Of a stretch of DNA of 64,000 bases, positions 9,122 to 18,500 are shown piece after piece. The translations under genes and the position numbers were made by a program. The DNA lies in contig CAXBIQ010000006.1 in NCBI GenBank assembly GCA_963975935.1, positions 84,493 through 148,492 of the forward strand, given 5' to 3'. Under the pieces are notes generated by a model. The model was given only the letters and a program-made list of their open reading frames with translations, did not search any database and had not been told where the DNA came from. The DNA comes from an uncultured Flavobacteriaceae bacterium (GTDB lineage Bacteria; Bacteroidota; Bacteroidia; Flavobacteriales; Flavobacteriaceae). The stretch's first letter is position 1; every line of letters begins with the position of its first letter.

Positions 9122-9910
9122 CTATCTTAAATCTCTTGGAATTTCACAAACAGGTATGGGTTTCATTTTGTGTTGATTAGCCTTGTTAAGCATTTTGTAA
9201 ATGTTAAAAACCTCGTGTTCCCTCCCTGTAAAGTCCCCGGCTTGCTTACCACTTTCGCTCAATTTCATCGCCCACTCGAGTTCATCATAGCTGGCGCCCA
9301 ATTGGTCTTCATCAGATCTGTCATCGCCAAAAAGTCCGTCAGTGGGTTTTGCTGTAAGAATGGATTTACTAATATTCAAGAAACTTCCAATTTCATATAC
9401 CTCGCTTTTCATCAAATCTGCAATGGGACTCAAATCCACACCGCCATCTCCATATTTTGTATAAAAACCAACCCCAAAATCTTCCACTTTATTTCCGGTT
9501 CCGGCAACAAGGTATTTGTGTAAACCTGCAAAATAATAAAGGGTTGTCATTCTCAGACGGGCCCTGGAATTAGCCAATGATAAATCGAGTAAGGATTTGT
9601 TTTCACTTCCCGGAACCTGAGTCCTGAAGGATTCAAAAACAGGTGTTAAGTTGACTTCAATAGCGGTTACATTGGCATATTTTCCCTGTAAATATTCAAT
9701 GTGTTCTTTCCCCCGGGTTATCTGGCTCATGGCTTGATGAATGGGCATTTCAACACACAGGGTCCTCAATCCGGTTTGTGCACAAAGTGCAGAAGTAACA
9801 GCCGAGTCAATTCCGCCACTGATGCCCACTACAAATCCGTCCATTTTTGCCTGTGTTGCATACTCTTTAAGCCAGTTTACAATATGTTTAACAACTTTTT
9901 CTGTTTTCAT
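9122..9910 (-). CDS. nadE: NH3-dependent NAD+ synthetase
   Basis: SGGIDSAV PP-loop motif, 262 aa, NadE-like throughout. Confidence 0.9.
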   Translation of the reverse strand: MKTEKVVKHIVNWLKEYATQAKMDGFVVGISGGIDSAVTSALCAQTGLRTLCVEMPIHQAMSQITRGKEHIEYLQGKYANVTAIEVNLTPVFESFRTQVPGSENKSLLDLSLANSRARLRMTTLYYFAGLHKYLVAGTGNKVEDFGVGFYTKYGDGGVDLSPIADLMKSEVYEIGSFLNISKSILTAKPTDGLFGDDRSDEDQLGASYDELEWAMKLSESGKQAGDFTGREHEVFNIYKMLNKANQHKMKPIPVCEIPRDLR

Positions 9911-9936
9911 GTAGCGATGTATTTATGAGTATATGG

Positions 9937-9944
9937 TACCTTTG
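9937..9944 (+). promoter_or_regulatory. Candidate -7 promoter box (TACCTTTG) for the gldB-like operon
   Basis: TAnnTTTG match about 80 nt upstream of the ATG at 10026. Confidence 0.35.
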
Positions 9945-10025
9945 CTGTCATTAAATGCCATAAAGATAAAATTTATAAAGCATACTTTCGTTAAAACTGT
10001 GCAAAGCATAATTTCAATTCTTAAA

Positions 10026-10982
10026 ATGTATAAATTTTCACTTCTATTTCTTGTTGTCTTTATCTTTTCCTGTACTTCTGAAAAGAAAATCAATGAAGAC
10101 GTTTTAAAAGTTTCAGTTGATGTTGAGGTTGACCGTTTTGATGAAAAATTTGCAAAAGCCACACCTAAGGACTTGGGTAACCTTAAGAAAGAATACCCTT
10201 ATCTTTTTCCTGTGCAGTACCCTGATTCCATCTGGCATGAAAAGATGAATGATACATTGCAAATTGAACTGGAGCAGGAAGTTGCAAAAGTTTTTTCAGA
10301 TTTTTCTGAATATGAAGACGAAATCACTTTGCTTTTTCAGCATTTAAAATATTATTTCCCAAAATTTCAGGAGCCCAAAATATTGACATTAATTTCTGAT
10401 GTTGATTACCGAAACAGTATTGTTCTTGCAGATACATTACTACTTGTGGGCTTGGATAATTTTTTGGGAAGCGAGCATTATTTTTATGAAGGCATATCGT
10501 TATATATCACAAAAAATTTAACTCCACAACAACTCACCCCTGCCATCGCCGAAACTTTTGCCTATCAAATGGTACAACCCCCACAAAGCAGGACTTTTTT
10601 AGACCAAATGGTTTATTATGGTAAAATTCAATACCTGAAAGAAACTCTTTTACCGCTCTTTAAACCGGAACGCATTCTGGGTTATACTGAAGATGAATTC
10701 AATTGGGCCCGGGCAAATGAAGTTGAAATCTGGCGTTATTTTGTGGATCGGGAAATACTCTACAGCACAGACCCACAACTTGCCCCCAGATTTCTCAACC
10801 CCGCACCCTTTTCAAAGTTTTACCTTGAATTGGATAACGAGTCACCGGGCCGTTTGGGACAATACATAGGCTGGTTGATTGTAAAAGCGTATGCGAAAAA
10901 CAATGATGCCTCTTTAGCTCAAGTGCTTTCAACTTCCGGGGAGGAAATATTTAAAAACTCAAAATTCAAACCTCAAAAGTAA
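10026..10982 (+). CDS. gldB: Gliding-motility lipoprotein GldB-like
   Basis: Lipoprotein signal MYKFSLLFLVVFIFSC. Size (~318 aa) and the nadE / gldB / small gldC-like gene arrangement match my recollection of Flavobacterium gldB-gldC loci. Not verified by alignment. Confidence 0.6.
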   Translation: MYKFSLLFLVVFIFSCTSEKKINEDVLKVSVDVEVDRFDEKFAKATPKDLGNLKKEYPYLFPVQYPDSIWHEKMNDTLQIELEQEVAKVFSDFSEYEDEITLLFQHLKYYFPKFQEPKILTLISDVDYRNSIVLADTLLLVGLDNFLGSEHYFYEGISLYITKNLTPQQLTPAIAETFAYQMVQPPQSRTFLDQMVYYGKIQYLKETLLPLFKPERILGYTEDEFNWARANEVEIWRYFVDREILYSTDPQLAPRFLNPAPFSKFYLELDNESPGRLGQYIGWLIVKAYAKNNDASLAQVLSTSGEEIFKNSKFKPQK

Positions 10983-11317
10983 TGGCAAAAACCTATACTT
11001 CAAAAATCGAAATCGAAGTCTCTCTTGACGAAAACAAAGTTCCTGAAAAAATGCATTGGTCAGCTCCTGACGGCGGTATTTTTAAAGAAGAATCAAAAGC
11101 TGTTTTGCTTTCTGTCTGGGATTCAAAAAACAAAGAATCACTCCGCATTGACCTGTGGACAAAAGATATGCCGGTTGATGAAATGAAAATTTTCTTTCAT
11201 CAAACTTTAAGCGCCATGGCAGATACGTTTGAACGCGCTACCAATGATGATAAAATGAGTGCTACTATGCGTGATTTTACCGAGTATTTTGCTGAAAAGC
11301 TGGAATTAAAAAGATAG
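10982..11317 (+). CDS. gldC: Gliding-motility protein GldC-like (small cytoplasmic protein)
   Basis: 111-aa ORF whose start overlaps the gldB-like stop (TAATG). Size and position match gldC downstream of gldB. Not verified by alignment. Confidence 0.55.
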   Translation: MAKTYTSKIEIEVSLDENKVPEKMHWSAPDGGIFKEESKAVLLSVWDSKNKESLRIDLWTKDMPVDEMKIFFHQTLSAMADTFERATNDDKMSATMRDFTEYFAEKLELKR

Positions 11318-11363
11318 CTTTAGTTTAATTCTTCGACTAACAGATAAGTTGTACATTCAGCTT

Positions 11364-11741
11364 ATGACAAAACTACTCTTTATCTACAATGTCAATTCAG
11401 GCAAAATCAATGGATATCTTGATGTCTTGCATAAGGTTGTGAGTCCCAAAACCTATAGCTGCAATTTATGTGATATCACCTATGGCATCTTTACAGAAAA
11501 CAAAGCCTGGAAAAACTTCAGGAAAGAAAGCGGCATTGATATGGAATTTCTGCATAAAGATGAGTTTAGTAAAAAGTATGCATCCAAATTTGGTTCAAAA
11601 TATACATTTCCGCTAGTTCTTTTTGTAAATAGGGGTGAACTGGAAGTATTTATTCCTACGGAAGAACTTAGCCGTTTAAAAAACGTTGATGAACTTATTG
11701 CATTAACTTCCGAAAGAGAGAACCTTGTTCAGGATCAGTAA
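11364..11741 (+). CDS. Hypothetical protein with a CxxC motif
   Basis: ORF with coding-like composition. Contains SCNLCD. The ATG at 11364 is preferred over the upstream non-ATG codon at 11349. Confidence 0.5.
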   Translation: MTKLLFIYNVNSGKINGYLDVLHKVVSPKTYSCNLCDITYGIFTENKAWKNFRKESGIDMEFLHKDEFSKKYASKFGSKYTFPLVLFVNRGELEVFIPTEELSRLKNVDELIALTSERENLVQDQ

Positions 11742-11743
11742 TT

Positions 11744-14407
11744 TCATTTTACGCTTTCCACTAAGCGAATAAATTCTGCTTTGTAGCCATCAGTATCATT
11801 GTTAATGCCTTCTCTGGCAAGCTTCAGTATTTCTTTACTGTCCTTATTTGTAACCAGTTCAGAGTCCCGAAGTTTTAGTCCAAACCACGCTACAGCACTT
11901 GCAAATTTAAAATCTTTAGAGGCTTTGCTATGATTCACAGGGGTTTTAGAAATAGGATGAACCATTTCAATGCTTTTCTTTTCATCGGGTTTTTTATACC
12001 TAAATTTTACTGTTGCCAACTCGTCTGCAAACTCATTTGATTTAGACGTGTTTTGGGTATATTTTAAATCCTGATCATTTTCATAGAATTTACTTTTTAC
12101 TCCCACAGGAATTATTTCATATAATGCTGTAACAGTATGCCCACTTCCCAGCTCACCGGCATCAATTGCATCATTTGTGAAATCCTCATTTCGCAATTTT
12201 CTGTTTTCATAGCCAATCAAACGATAGGCCTGAACATGGTTTGGATTAAACTCAATCTGAATTTTAACGTCCTTGGCTATTGTAAACATACTGCCCTTAA
12301 ATTCTTTTCCTAGAAAGCGGTTTGCTTCCTGAATGTTATCAATATATGCGTAATTTCCATTGCCCTTATCAGCTAATATTTCCATTTTGGAATCTTTGTA
12401 ATTTCCCATACCATATCCTAAGCACGTGAGGTATACACCACTTTTCCGTTTTTCCTCAATCAGCTTGAGCATTTCTTTATCAGATGATTTGCCAATGTTG
12501 AAGTCACCGTCAGTTGCCAGGATAATCCGGTTGTTTCCGCCTTTGATGAAGTTTTTTTCAGCCATTTCATAGGCAAGTTCAATACCTGCTCCTCCGGAGG
12601 TGCCACCACTGGCGTGCAATCCGTCAATTACTTCTGCTATTCTCTCTTTTTGAGATGCTTTGGTAGGCTTGAGCAAGACTCCTACATTATTGGCATAATA
12701 TACTATAGAAACCATATCATCTTCACGCAATTCATCCAATAAAATTTTCATGGAGCCTTTTAAAAGGGGCAGTTTATTTGCGGCACTCATAGAGCCCGAA
12801 ACATCCACCAGAAATACAAAGTTTGATTTTGGAAGGATATCTGTGGGAATTTCTTTTCCTTGCAGGCCTATTCTCAATAATTTGTGATTTGAATTCCAGG
12901 GAGCATCACTGTATTCGGTGTTTATCGTGAAGGGGTGTTTTGATTTTGGTTGTGGATAATCATACTTGAAAAAATTAATCATTTCTTCAATTCTTACTGC
13001 ATCCTTGGGTACAAATTGCCCATTGTTTATAAAGCGTCTTATGTTTGTGTAAGAAGCATTATCAACATCTATTGAAAAGGTTGAAACGGGGTTGTATGAG
13101 GCTCCCTCAAAAGGATTTTCAATAAAACTTTCGTAAGATTCATTGTCCTTGTCGTAAGATTGTTGATCTAAAGGAGGATACAATTTTAGAATATTCTCAA
13201 AAGATATCGAATCTCCAATCGTTTTTTCGGTGTTATTCTTCTGATTTTTTGTTTCAAGCACAACCACTCCATTTCTTCCCATCCTGCCATATGCTTTAGC
13301 AGCTGCAAAACCCTTAAGCAAACTTATGTTTTTTATTTTTTTTGAGTTTACTTTTTGTAATTCTTCTTGTGTAATAGGTTTGCCATCCAAAACATACAAG
13401 AGTTTATGATTGTTGTCTACAGAGAGATACCCTCTAATGTTTATCTGTGTATATGAGCCTTGCTCATTTTCCTCATTAGATATTATAACACCTGAGGTTT
13501 TCCCGGAAAGAGCTTTTGGTAATTCTTCTCTTGAGGAGCGATTTAATCTTTCACTTGAAACTTCACTTACTGCATAACCAAGTGCTTTTTTCTCTCTTTT
13601 GACGCTATGAGCAGTCACGACAACCTGGTTGAGTTCTTCACCCGCTTCCATTTCTACATCAATTATTGTGGTTGAGGTAGTTACAACTTTTTCTTTTGTT
13701 TCAAACCCTACATAAGAAAAAACAAGTGTTTGGCCCGCATATACATTAATGTTGTATTTACCATCAAAATCGGTTTGTGTGCCTGTTGATGTATTTTTAA
13801 CCAATACGTTCACGCCGGGTAAAGGTAATCCCGTGTCATCTGTAACAGTACCGCTAATAGTCTTTCCGGAATCAATATTTTCTGCACCTTTTTCTGCTAT
13901 GACAGTGTTAAGGTTTTGATCAGATTCTTCCTCTAATACTATACTCTCTGAAATACTTTCTGATTCTATTTCAGAAACCGCTGTGCCTGTATTGAATGAT
14001 TCTTTGGCAGTATCTTCATTCTTTCTTATTTCCGTAGCGACTTTATTTTCATTGTTCTCTTCTTTCTGGTTTATATCCTCAAAAACTATCTGATGATCTT
14101 CAACGGGTGTATCTATATCTTCTTTAATACTATCTTCCTCTATGGTTACTATATTGTTTTCCGGTGATTGAATAATATTTGAGGAATCATTTTTTATAAA
14201 AAGGCTTCCCACACCAACAAGAATAATTATTGAAGCGGCAATACCGGCATATTTCCACAACGGGAATGCTTGCTTTTTTTCTTTTTTATCTAACTTTTTT
14301 TCTACCCTGTTCCAAATATTTTCCATTCCCTGAAAATTTTCAGGTTGGGTTTCTTCAGATATCTTTTTGAAGTAGTTGTCTATATTTTTATTGTTTTGCG
14401 ATTCCAT
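11744..14407 (-). CDS. Membrane-anchored anti-sigma-like protein fused to CarboxypepD_reg-like, plug-like and von Willebrand factor A (YfbK-like) domains
   Basis: Starts 3 nt downstream of the ECF sigma gene. One TM helix (WKYAGIAASIIILVGVGSLFI) and an acidic linker follow. Then come ISGTVTDDTGLPLPGVNVLVKNT (carboxypeptidase-regulatory-like fold) and a vWA MIDAS motif (FLVDVSGSMS ... ILATDGDFN). Confidence 0.85.
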   Translation of the reverse strand: MESQNNKNIDNYFKKISEETQPENFQGMENIWNRVEKKLDKKEKKQAFPLWKYAGIAASIIILVGVGSLFIKNDSSNIIQSPENNIVTIEEDSIKEDIDTPVEDHQIVFEDINQKEENNENKVATEIRKNEDTAKESFNTGTAVSEIESESISESIVLEEESDQNLNTVIAEKGAENIDSGKTISGTVTDDTGLPLPGVNVLVKNTSTGTQTDFDGKYNINVYAGQTLVFSYVGFETKEKVVTTSTTIIDVEMEAGEELNQVVVTAHSVKREKKALGYAVSEVSSERLNRSSREELPKALSGKTSGVIISNEENEQGSYTQINIRGYLSVDNNHKLLYVLDGKPITQEELQKVNSKKIKNISLLKGFAAAKAYGRMGRNGVVVLETKNQKNNTEKTIGDSISFENILKLYPPLDQQSYDKDNESYESFIENPFEGASYNPVSTFSIDVDNASYTNIRRFINNGQFVPKDAVRIEEMINFFKYDYPQPKSKHPFTINTEYSDAPWNSNHKLLRIGLQGKEIPTDILPKSNFVFLVDVSGSMSAANKLPLLKGSMKILLDELREDDMVSIVYYANNVGVLLKPTKASQKERIAEVIDGLHASGGTSGGAGIELAYEMAEKNFIKGGNNRIILATDGDFNIGKSSDKEMLKLIEEKRKSGVYLTCLGYGMGNYKDSKMEILADKGNGNYAYIDNIQEANRFLGKEFKGSMFTIAKDVKIQIEFNPNHVQAYRLIGYENRKLRNEDFTNDAIDAGELGSGHTVTALYEIIPVGVKSKFYENDQDLKYTQNTSKSNEFADELATVKFRYKKPDEKKSIEMVHPISKTPVNHSKASKDFKFASAVAWFGLKLRDSELVTNKDSKEILKLAREGINNDTDGYKAEFIRLVESVK

Positions 14408-14409
14408 AA

Positions 14410-14943
14410 CTAACTGACTTTTTGATTGTAATACACTTCGATTAACTCTTTTAACTTGGTTCGGGACACGTTGAGTTGTGATTTGGAAGTTCCTTCTGAA
14501 ATGTTCAGTTTATATGCTATTTCCTTGTGTGAATACCCTTCAATGGCAAATAAAACAAAAACGGTTTTAGCACCTTCAGGCAAATAATTCAGGAGTTTGA
14601 GCAAATCCTGTTCTTCCAGAAGGGTTTCGTTGGAGTTTTCAGCTAAAGGTTGCTGTGACACGTCTTCCAGATACAGGTTGAAATTGACATTTCGCTTAAG
14701 GTGCAACAAACAGAGATTCACTGTTATTTTTCGTGCCCAGCCTTCAAAAGCAAGATTTTCCTTTAACTGTTCAATTTTAGTGAAAATTGTAAAAAAAGCT
14801 TCCGTCAGAGTGTCTTCAATGTCTTCTTCTTTTTTCAGGTACCTCTTACAGGTAAGATACAATTTAGGAGCTAATAACTCATACACTCGCTTTTGTGAGG
14901 GCCGATGCATTTTCTTGCATTGAATGATTAAATTTTCTTCCAT
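14410..14943 (-). CDS. ECF RNA polymerase sigma factor (paralog of 3775-4335)
   Basis: Region 4.2 (LPEGAKTVFVLFAIEGYSHKEIAYKLNISEGTSKSQLNVSRTKL) is nearly identical to the first ECF sigma. The ATG at 14943 is preferred over the TTG at 14949. Confidence 0.85.
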   Translation of the reverse strand: MEENLIIQCKKMHRPSQKRVYELLAPKLYLTCKRYLKKEEDIEDTLTEAFFTIFTKIEQLKENLAFEGWARKITVNLCLLHLKRNVNFNLYLEDVSQQPLAENSNETLLEEQDLLKLLNYLPEGAKTVFVLFAIEGYSHKEIAYKLNISEGTSKSQLNVSRTKLKELIEVYYNQKVS

Positions 14944-14961
14944 ACTCAATGTGTCCTTTTC

Positions 14962-14992
14962 TATATAGAGTGATAAAAGTCAAAAAAGGTTG
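14962..14992 (-). promoter_or_regulatory. Candidate ECF-type promoter (CAACC-N18-TCTATATA)
   Basis: Same motif and spacing as 3724-3754, located 18 nt upstream of the ATG. Confidence 0.35.
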
Positions 14993-15144
14993 GAATTGAC
15001 ATCAATTTTTTTTGATTTTATTTAAAGTTAACCAAAAAAAGGAAGAAAGGTTAAAAGCTCTTTAATATTTAAAAAAGAGTTTGTGGATTTGGAATTTCAA
15101 TTGTATTTTAATCAAAAGAAAGGATTTCTAAAAAAGTAGAGAGG

Positions 15145-15756
15145 TTATTTGTTTTGCGAAAAAACTTCTTCATTTAGACCATTAATATAATTTAAAAGAT
15201 CTTCTCTTCCCAAACTGCTACTTGATGAAGTGACAAAATAAAGCGGTAGTTCTATCCAGGTCTCCAGCATTTTTTGTTTGTAAGCTTCCACATTGCGCTC
15301 CAGAGCTTTGGGTTTGAGTTTGTCTGCTTTGGTGAAAATAATGCTAAAGGGAATCTGGCTTTCTCCCATCCACTCCATAAATTCCAGGTCAATGGGCTGG
15401 GGCTCATGACGCACATCTACCAGCACAAATGCTGAAACAAGTTGCTCCCTTTTTGCAAAATAGTCTGTAATGAATTTTTGGAAAACTTTTTTACTGCTTT
15501 TGGAAACCCGGGCATATCCATAACCGGGCAAATCAACCAAGTGCCAGTTGTTATTAATTAAAAAATGGTTGATGAGCTGTGTTTTTCCCGGGCGGCCTGA
15601 TGTTTTTGCCAGGCTTTTGCGTTGCATCAACATATTGATGAGTGATGATTTACCCACATTTGAGCGGCCTATAAAGGCATATTCGGGTAATCTGCCGGCG
15701 GGACACCTGGCAACATCGCTATTGCTGATTACAAATTCAGCCGATTTGATTTGCAT
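15145..15756 (-). CDS. engB: Ribosome-biogenesis GTPase EngB/YsxC/YihA
   Basis: G1 motif [13 protein letters not shown]3 motif DLPGYG and G4 motif TKADK. The start at the [12 protein letters not shown] avoids overlap with the upstream gene. Confidence 0.9.
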   Translation of the reverse strand: MQIKSAEFVISNSDVARCPAGRLPEYAFIGRSNVGKSSLINMLMQRKSLAKTSGRPGKTQLINHFLINNNWHLVDLPGYGYARVSKSSKKVFQKFITDYFAKREQLVSAFVLVDVRHEPQPIDLEFMEWMGESQIPFSIIFTKADKLKPKALERNVEAYKQKMLETWIELPLYFVTSSSSSLGREDLLNYINGLNEEVFSQNK

Positions 15757-15766
15757 GAGATTGGAT

Positions 15767-16567
15767 TTAAATTCCTTTTTCCTGAAGCCATTTATTGAGC
15801 AGTACATTAAATTCATCAGGGTGCTCCATCATTGCTGCGTGCCCACATTTGTCAATCCAGTACAATTCAGAATCCGGAAGGAGTTCGTGAAATTCTTCAG
15901 CGACATTGGGTGGCGTTACATTGTCGTTTTTGCCCCAAATGATACAGGTGGGTTGTTTCATTTTGGGAAGGTCTTTTGCCATATTATGCCTGATGGCACT
16001 TTTTGCAATAGCCAGTGTTCTGATGAGTTTGTTTCTGTCGTTTACGGTGGCATAGACCTCATCTACAATTTCCTTAGTGGCAACAGCAGGATCATAGAAG
16101 ACGTTCTCAGCTTTGTTTTTAATATATTCATAATCACCGCGTTTGGGATAGCTTTCACCCATAGCGCTTTCATACAAACCTGAACTACCTGTAATTACAA
16201 GGGCGTGAATGTGTTGAGGGTATAATTTTGCACATAACAATGCAATGTGGCCGCCCAGTGAATTGCCTAATAGAACGACATCTTTTAAATCCATATGAAC
16301 GATAAAATCCTTGACATAAGTTGCAATGTTTTTAACGTTTGTTTTTAAAAGCGGCAGTGTATAAATGGGAAGTTCGGGTAAGATGACGCGGTATCCTTTT
16401 TCGGAGAAATAATTCGTGACAGAATCAAAGTTACTCAAACCACCCATCAATCCGTGTAAGATAATAATCGGCTTGCCTTCTCCGATTTCAAAATAACTGA
16501 ATTTCCCTTCTTTCTTTAAATTCTTTATCATGAAATGCACTTCTTTAACATTAGCAAATATAGACAT
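15767..16567 (-). CDS. Alpha/beta-fold hydrolase
   Basis: HG oxyanion motif ([10 protein letters not shown]), nucleophile elbow GNSLGG and a C-terminal catalytic His context ([12 protein letters not shown]). Confidence 0.8.
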   Translation of the reverse strand: MSIFANVKEVHFMIKNLKKEGKFSYFEIGEGKPIIILHGLMGGLSNFDSVTNYFSEKGYRVILPELPIYTLPLLKTNVKNIATYVKDFIVHMDLKDVVLLGNSLGGHIALLCAKLYPQHIHALVITGSSGLYESAMGESYPKRGDYEYIKNKAENVFYDPAVATKEIVDEVYATVNDRNKLIRTLAIAKSAIRHNMAKDLPKMKQPTCIIWGKNDNVTPPNVAEEFHELLPDSELYWIDKCGHAAMMEHPDEFNVLLNKWLQEKGI

Positions 16568-16736
16568 TTCAATGTTATAAATAATATTTCAAATTGTAAC
16601 TATATCCAGCCTGATTTTTCCTCTTTTATCAACCACACCAACAAAAGTTATAAACAGCACTCAATTCTAAACAGTCTCATTGTTTCTAAGTAATTATAGC
16701 TTAACAGGTTAGTTTGTGGTAAAATTTATCAACAAA

Positions 16737-16761
16737 GTGGGAAAAAGTGGGTAAAAGTGGG
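16737..16761 (+). promoter_or_regulatory. MraZ operator: three direct AAAGTGGG boxes with 10-bp phasing
   Basis: GTGGG occurs at 16737, 16747 and 16757, with a weaker GTGGT at 16716. The boxes sit immediately upstream of the -7 box of the mraZ promoter. This matches the phased (A)GTGGG-type repeats reported as MraZ binding sites in other bacteria. Confidence 0.6.
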
Positions 16762-16771
16762 AAAAAATAAA

Positions 16772-16779
16772 TATATTTG
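16772..16779 (+). promoter_or_regulatory. Candidate -7 promoter box (TATATTTG) of the dcw cluster
   Basis: TAnnTTTG match 30 nt upstream of the mraZ ATG. Confidence 0.45.
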
Positions 16780-16808
16780 AAATTGAAAAGTATAACCTAA
16801 TCCTAAAA

Positions 16809-17282
16809 ATGCGCAATCTCATAGGGACATATGAATGCAAAGCAGACGCCAAAGGGCGTGTGATGCTTCCTGCTGCGCTTCAGAAACAGCTTACGCCAAT
16901 TCTGGAAAAAGGATTTGTACTCAAACGTGCTGTTTTTCAGGATTGCCTGGAGTTATACCCCATGGAGGAGTGGGAGCAGTTAATGCAAAAAATTAACAAG
17001 CTCAACCGCTTCAACAGAAAAAACAATGATTTTGTGAGACGTTTTACTGCCGGGGTAAAAGTTATTGAACTTGATACCACGGGTCGCCTGTTGATTCCCA
17101 AAGACCTTGTTGCCTTTGCAGGTATCAGTAAAGATATCGTCCTTTCATCTGCAATAAACATTGTGGAGATCTGGGATAAAGAAAAATATGAAAAAGCCAT
17201 TGATGATGCTGCAACAGATTTTGCAGATCTGGCTGAAGAAGTAATGGGAGACCAAACCAATGATGACAATGATGTATCATAA
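16809..17282 (+). CDS. mraZ: Transcriptional regulator MraZ
   Basis: Duplicated SpoVT/AbrB-like halves (DAKGRVMLPA and DTTGRLLIPK), 157 aa, first gene of the dcw cluster. Confidence 0.9.
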   Translation: MRNLIGTYECKADAKGRVMLPAALQKQLTPILEKGFVLKRAVFQDCLELYPMEEWEQLMQKINKLNRFNRKNNDFVRRFTAGVKVIELDTTGRLLIPKDLVAFAGISKDIVLSSAINIVEIWDKEKYEKAIDDAATDFADLAEEVMGDQTNDDNDVS

Positions 17283-18165
17283 CCCGGTATTGTTAAATGA
17301 AACCGTTGAAGGTTTGAATATAAAACCTGACGGGGTTTATGTTGATGTCACTTTTGGCGGTGGAGGGCATTCCCGCAAAATAATGGAGCAGCTTGGTGAA
17401 AAGGGGAAACTCATTGCATTTGATCAGGACCCAGATGCCTTGCAAAACACAATTGATGATAAACGTTTTTTGATGATTCACCAAAATTTTAGGTTTATCA
17501 AGCGGTTTTTAAGACTTCATGGAATCCTTAAGGTTGACGGTATTTTGGGTGATTTTGGAGTTTCGTCACACCAGTTTGATGTAGCTGAACGCGGTTTTTC
17601 AACACGTTTTGAAGCTGATTTGGATATGCGGATGAATCAGGGTGATGCGCTTTCAGCTTATAATGTGGTCAATGAGTATAGTGAGGTAGACCTCAGAAAG
17701 GTGTTTTTTCAATATGGCGAATTAAAAGCTGCAAAAGGGATGGCGCGTGTGTTGGTAGAAAACAGGACAACTTCGCCCATTAAAACAAGTGAGGATTTAA
17801 AAAAGGCGTTGGGGAGATTTTTGCCACAGCACAGGGAAAATAAAATATTGGCTCAGGTATTTCAGGCAATTCGCATCGAAGTCAATCAGGAAATACAGGC
17901 CTTAAAAGAGTTTTTGTTGCAAACGGAAGAACTGCTTCCGGTGGGCGGAAGGTTAAGCCTGATTTCATACCACTCTTTGGAAGACAGGTTGGTGAAACGC
18001 TATATAAGAAGCGGGATGTTTGAAGGTGAACCCGAAAAAGATGTTTTTGGACACGTCAGTGTTCCCTTTAAAAAAGTAGGAAAATTAACGATTCCTTTAA
18101 AAGAGGAAATAAAACAAAACAGCCGGGCGCGAAGTGCAAAACTGCGCATCGCCGAAAGAATTTGA
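17260..18165 (+). CDS. rsmH: 16S rRNA (cytosine1402-N4)-methyltransferase RsmH
   Basis: YHNPVLLNE and DVTFGGGGHS motifs. The true start may be one of the ATGs at 17269-17272. Confidence 0.9.
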   Translation: MMTMMYHNPVLLNETVEGLNIKPDGVYVDVTFGGGGHSRKIMEQLGEKGKLIAFDQDPDALQNTIDDKRFLMIHQNFRFIKRFLRLHGILKVDGILGDFGVSSHQFDVAERGFSTRFEADLDMRMNQGDALSAYNVVNEYSEVDLRKVFFQYGELKAAKGMARVLVENRTTSPIKTSEDLKKALGRFLPQHRENKILAQVFQAIRIEVNQEIQALKEFLLQTEELLPVGGRLSLISYHSLEDRLVKRYIRSGMFEGEPEKDVFGHVSVPFKKVGKLTIPLKEEIKQNSRARSAKLRIAERI

Positions 18166-18177
18166 TATCAGTAGAAA

Positions 18178-18498
18178 ATGAAAGCGAATATCTATCACAT
18201 ATTAAAAGGAAGGTTTCTTATAAGTGATGATGCATTTAAAAACTGGAAGTTCATCATTTTTCTGTCGCTATTGGCTATTGTTATGATTTCAAGTGCTCAT
18301 AGTGCAGACAGGAAGGTTCATGAAATTGCTAAAATCAACAATGAGGTGAAAGAACTTCGCAGCGAGTTTGTGGATGTGCGTTCAAAATTAATGAAAGTAA
18401 AAATGGAAAGTAAAGTGGTGCTTCAAATGGAGGCAAAAGGATTAAAGCCTTCAGAAAACCCACCGCAAAAAATAATAATCAGCAAACAAAAAGAATAG
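18178..18498 (+). CDS. FtsL-like cell-division protein
   Basis: 106-aa bitopic protein (TM helix FIIFLSLLAIVMISS) followed by a coiled-coil, in the conserved position between rsmH and ftsI. Confidence 0.6.
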   Translation: MKANIYHILKGRFLISDDAFKNWKFIIFLSLLAIVMISSAHSADRKVHEIAKINNEVKELRSEFVDVRSKLMKVKMESKVVLQMEAKGLKPSENPPQKIIISKQKE

Positions 18499-18500
18499 AC

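Noticed and set aside
15548-16183. 211-aa ORF on the plus strand overlapping engB and the alpha/beta hydrolase gene
   Set aside because: It is entirely antisense to two well-supported genes with clear motifs. Its composition is low-complexity and unlike a protein. This is a typical shadow ORF.
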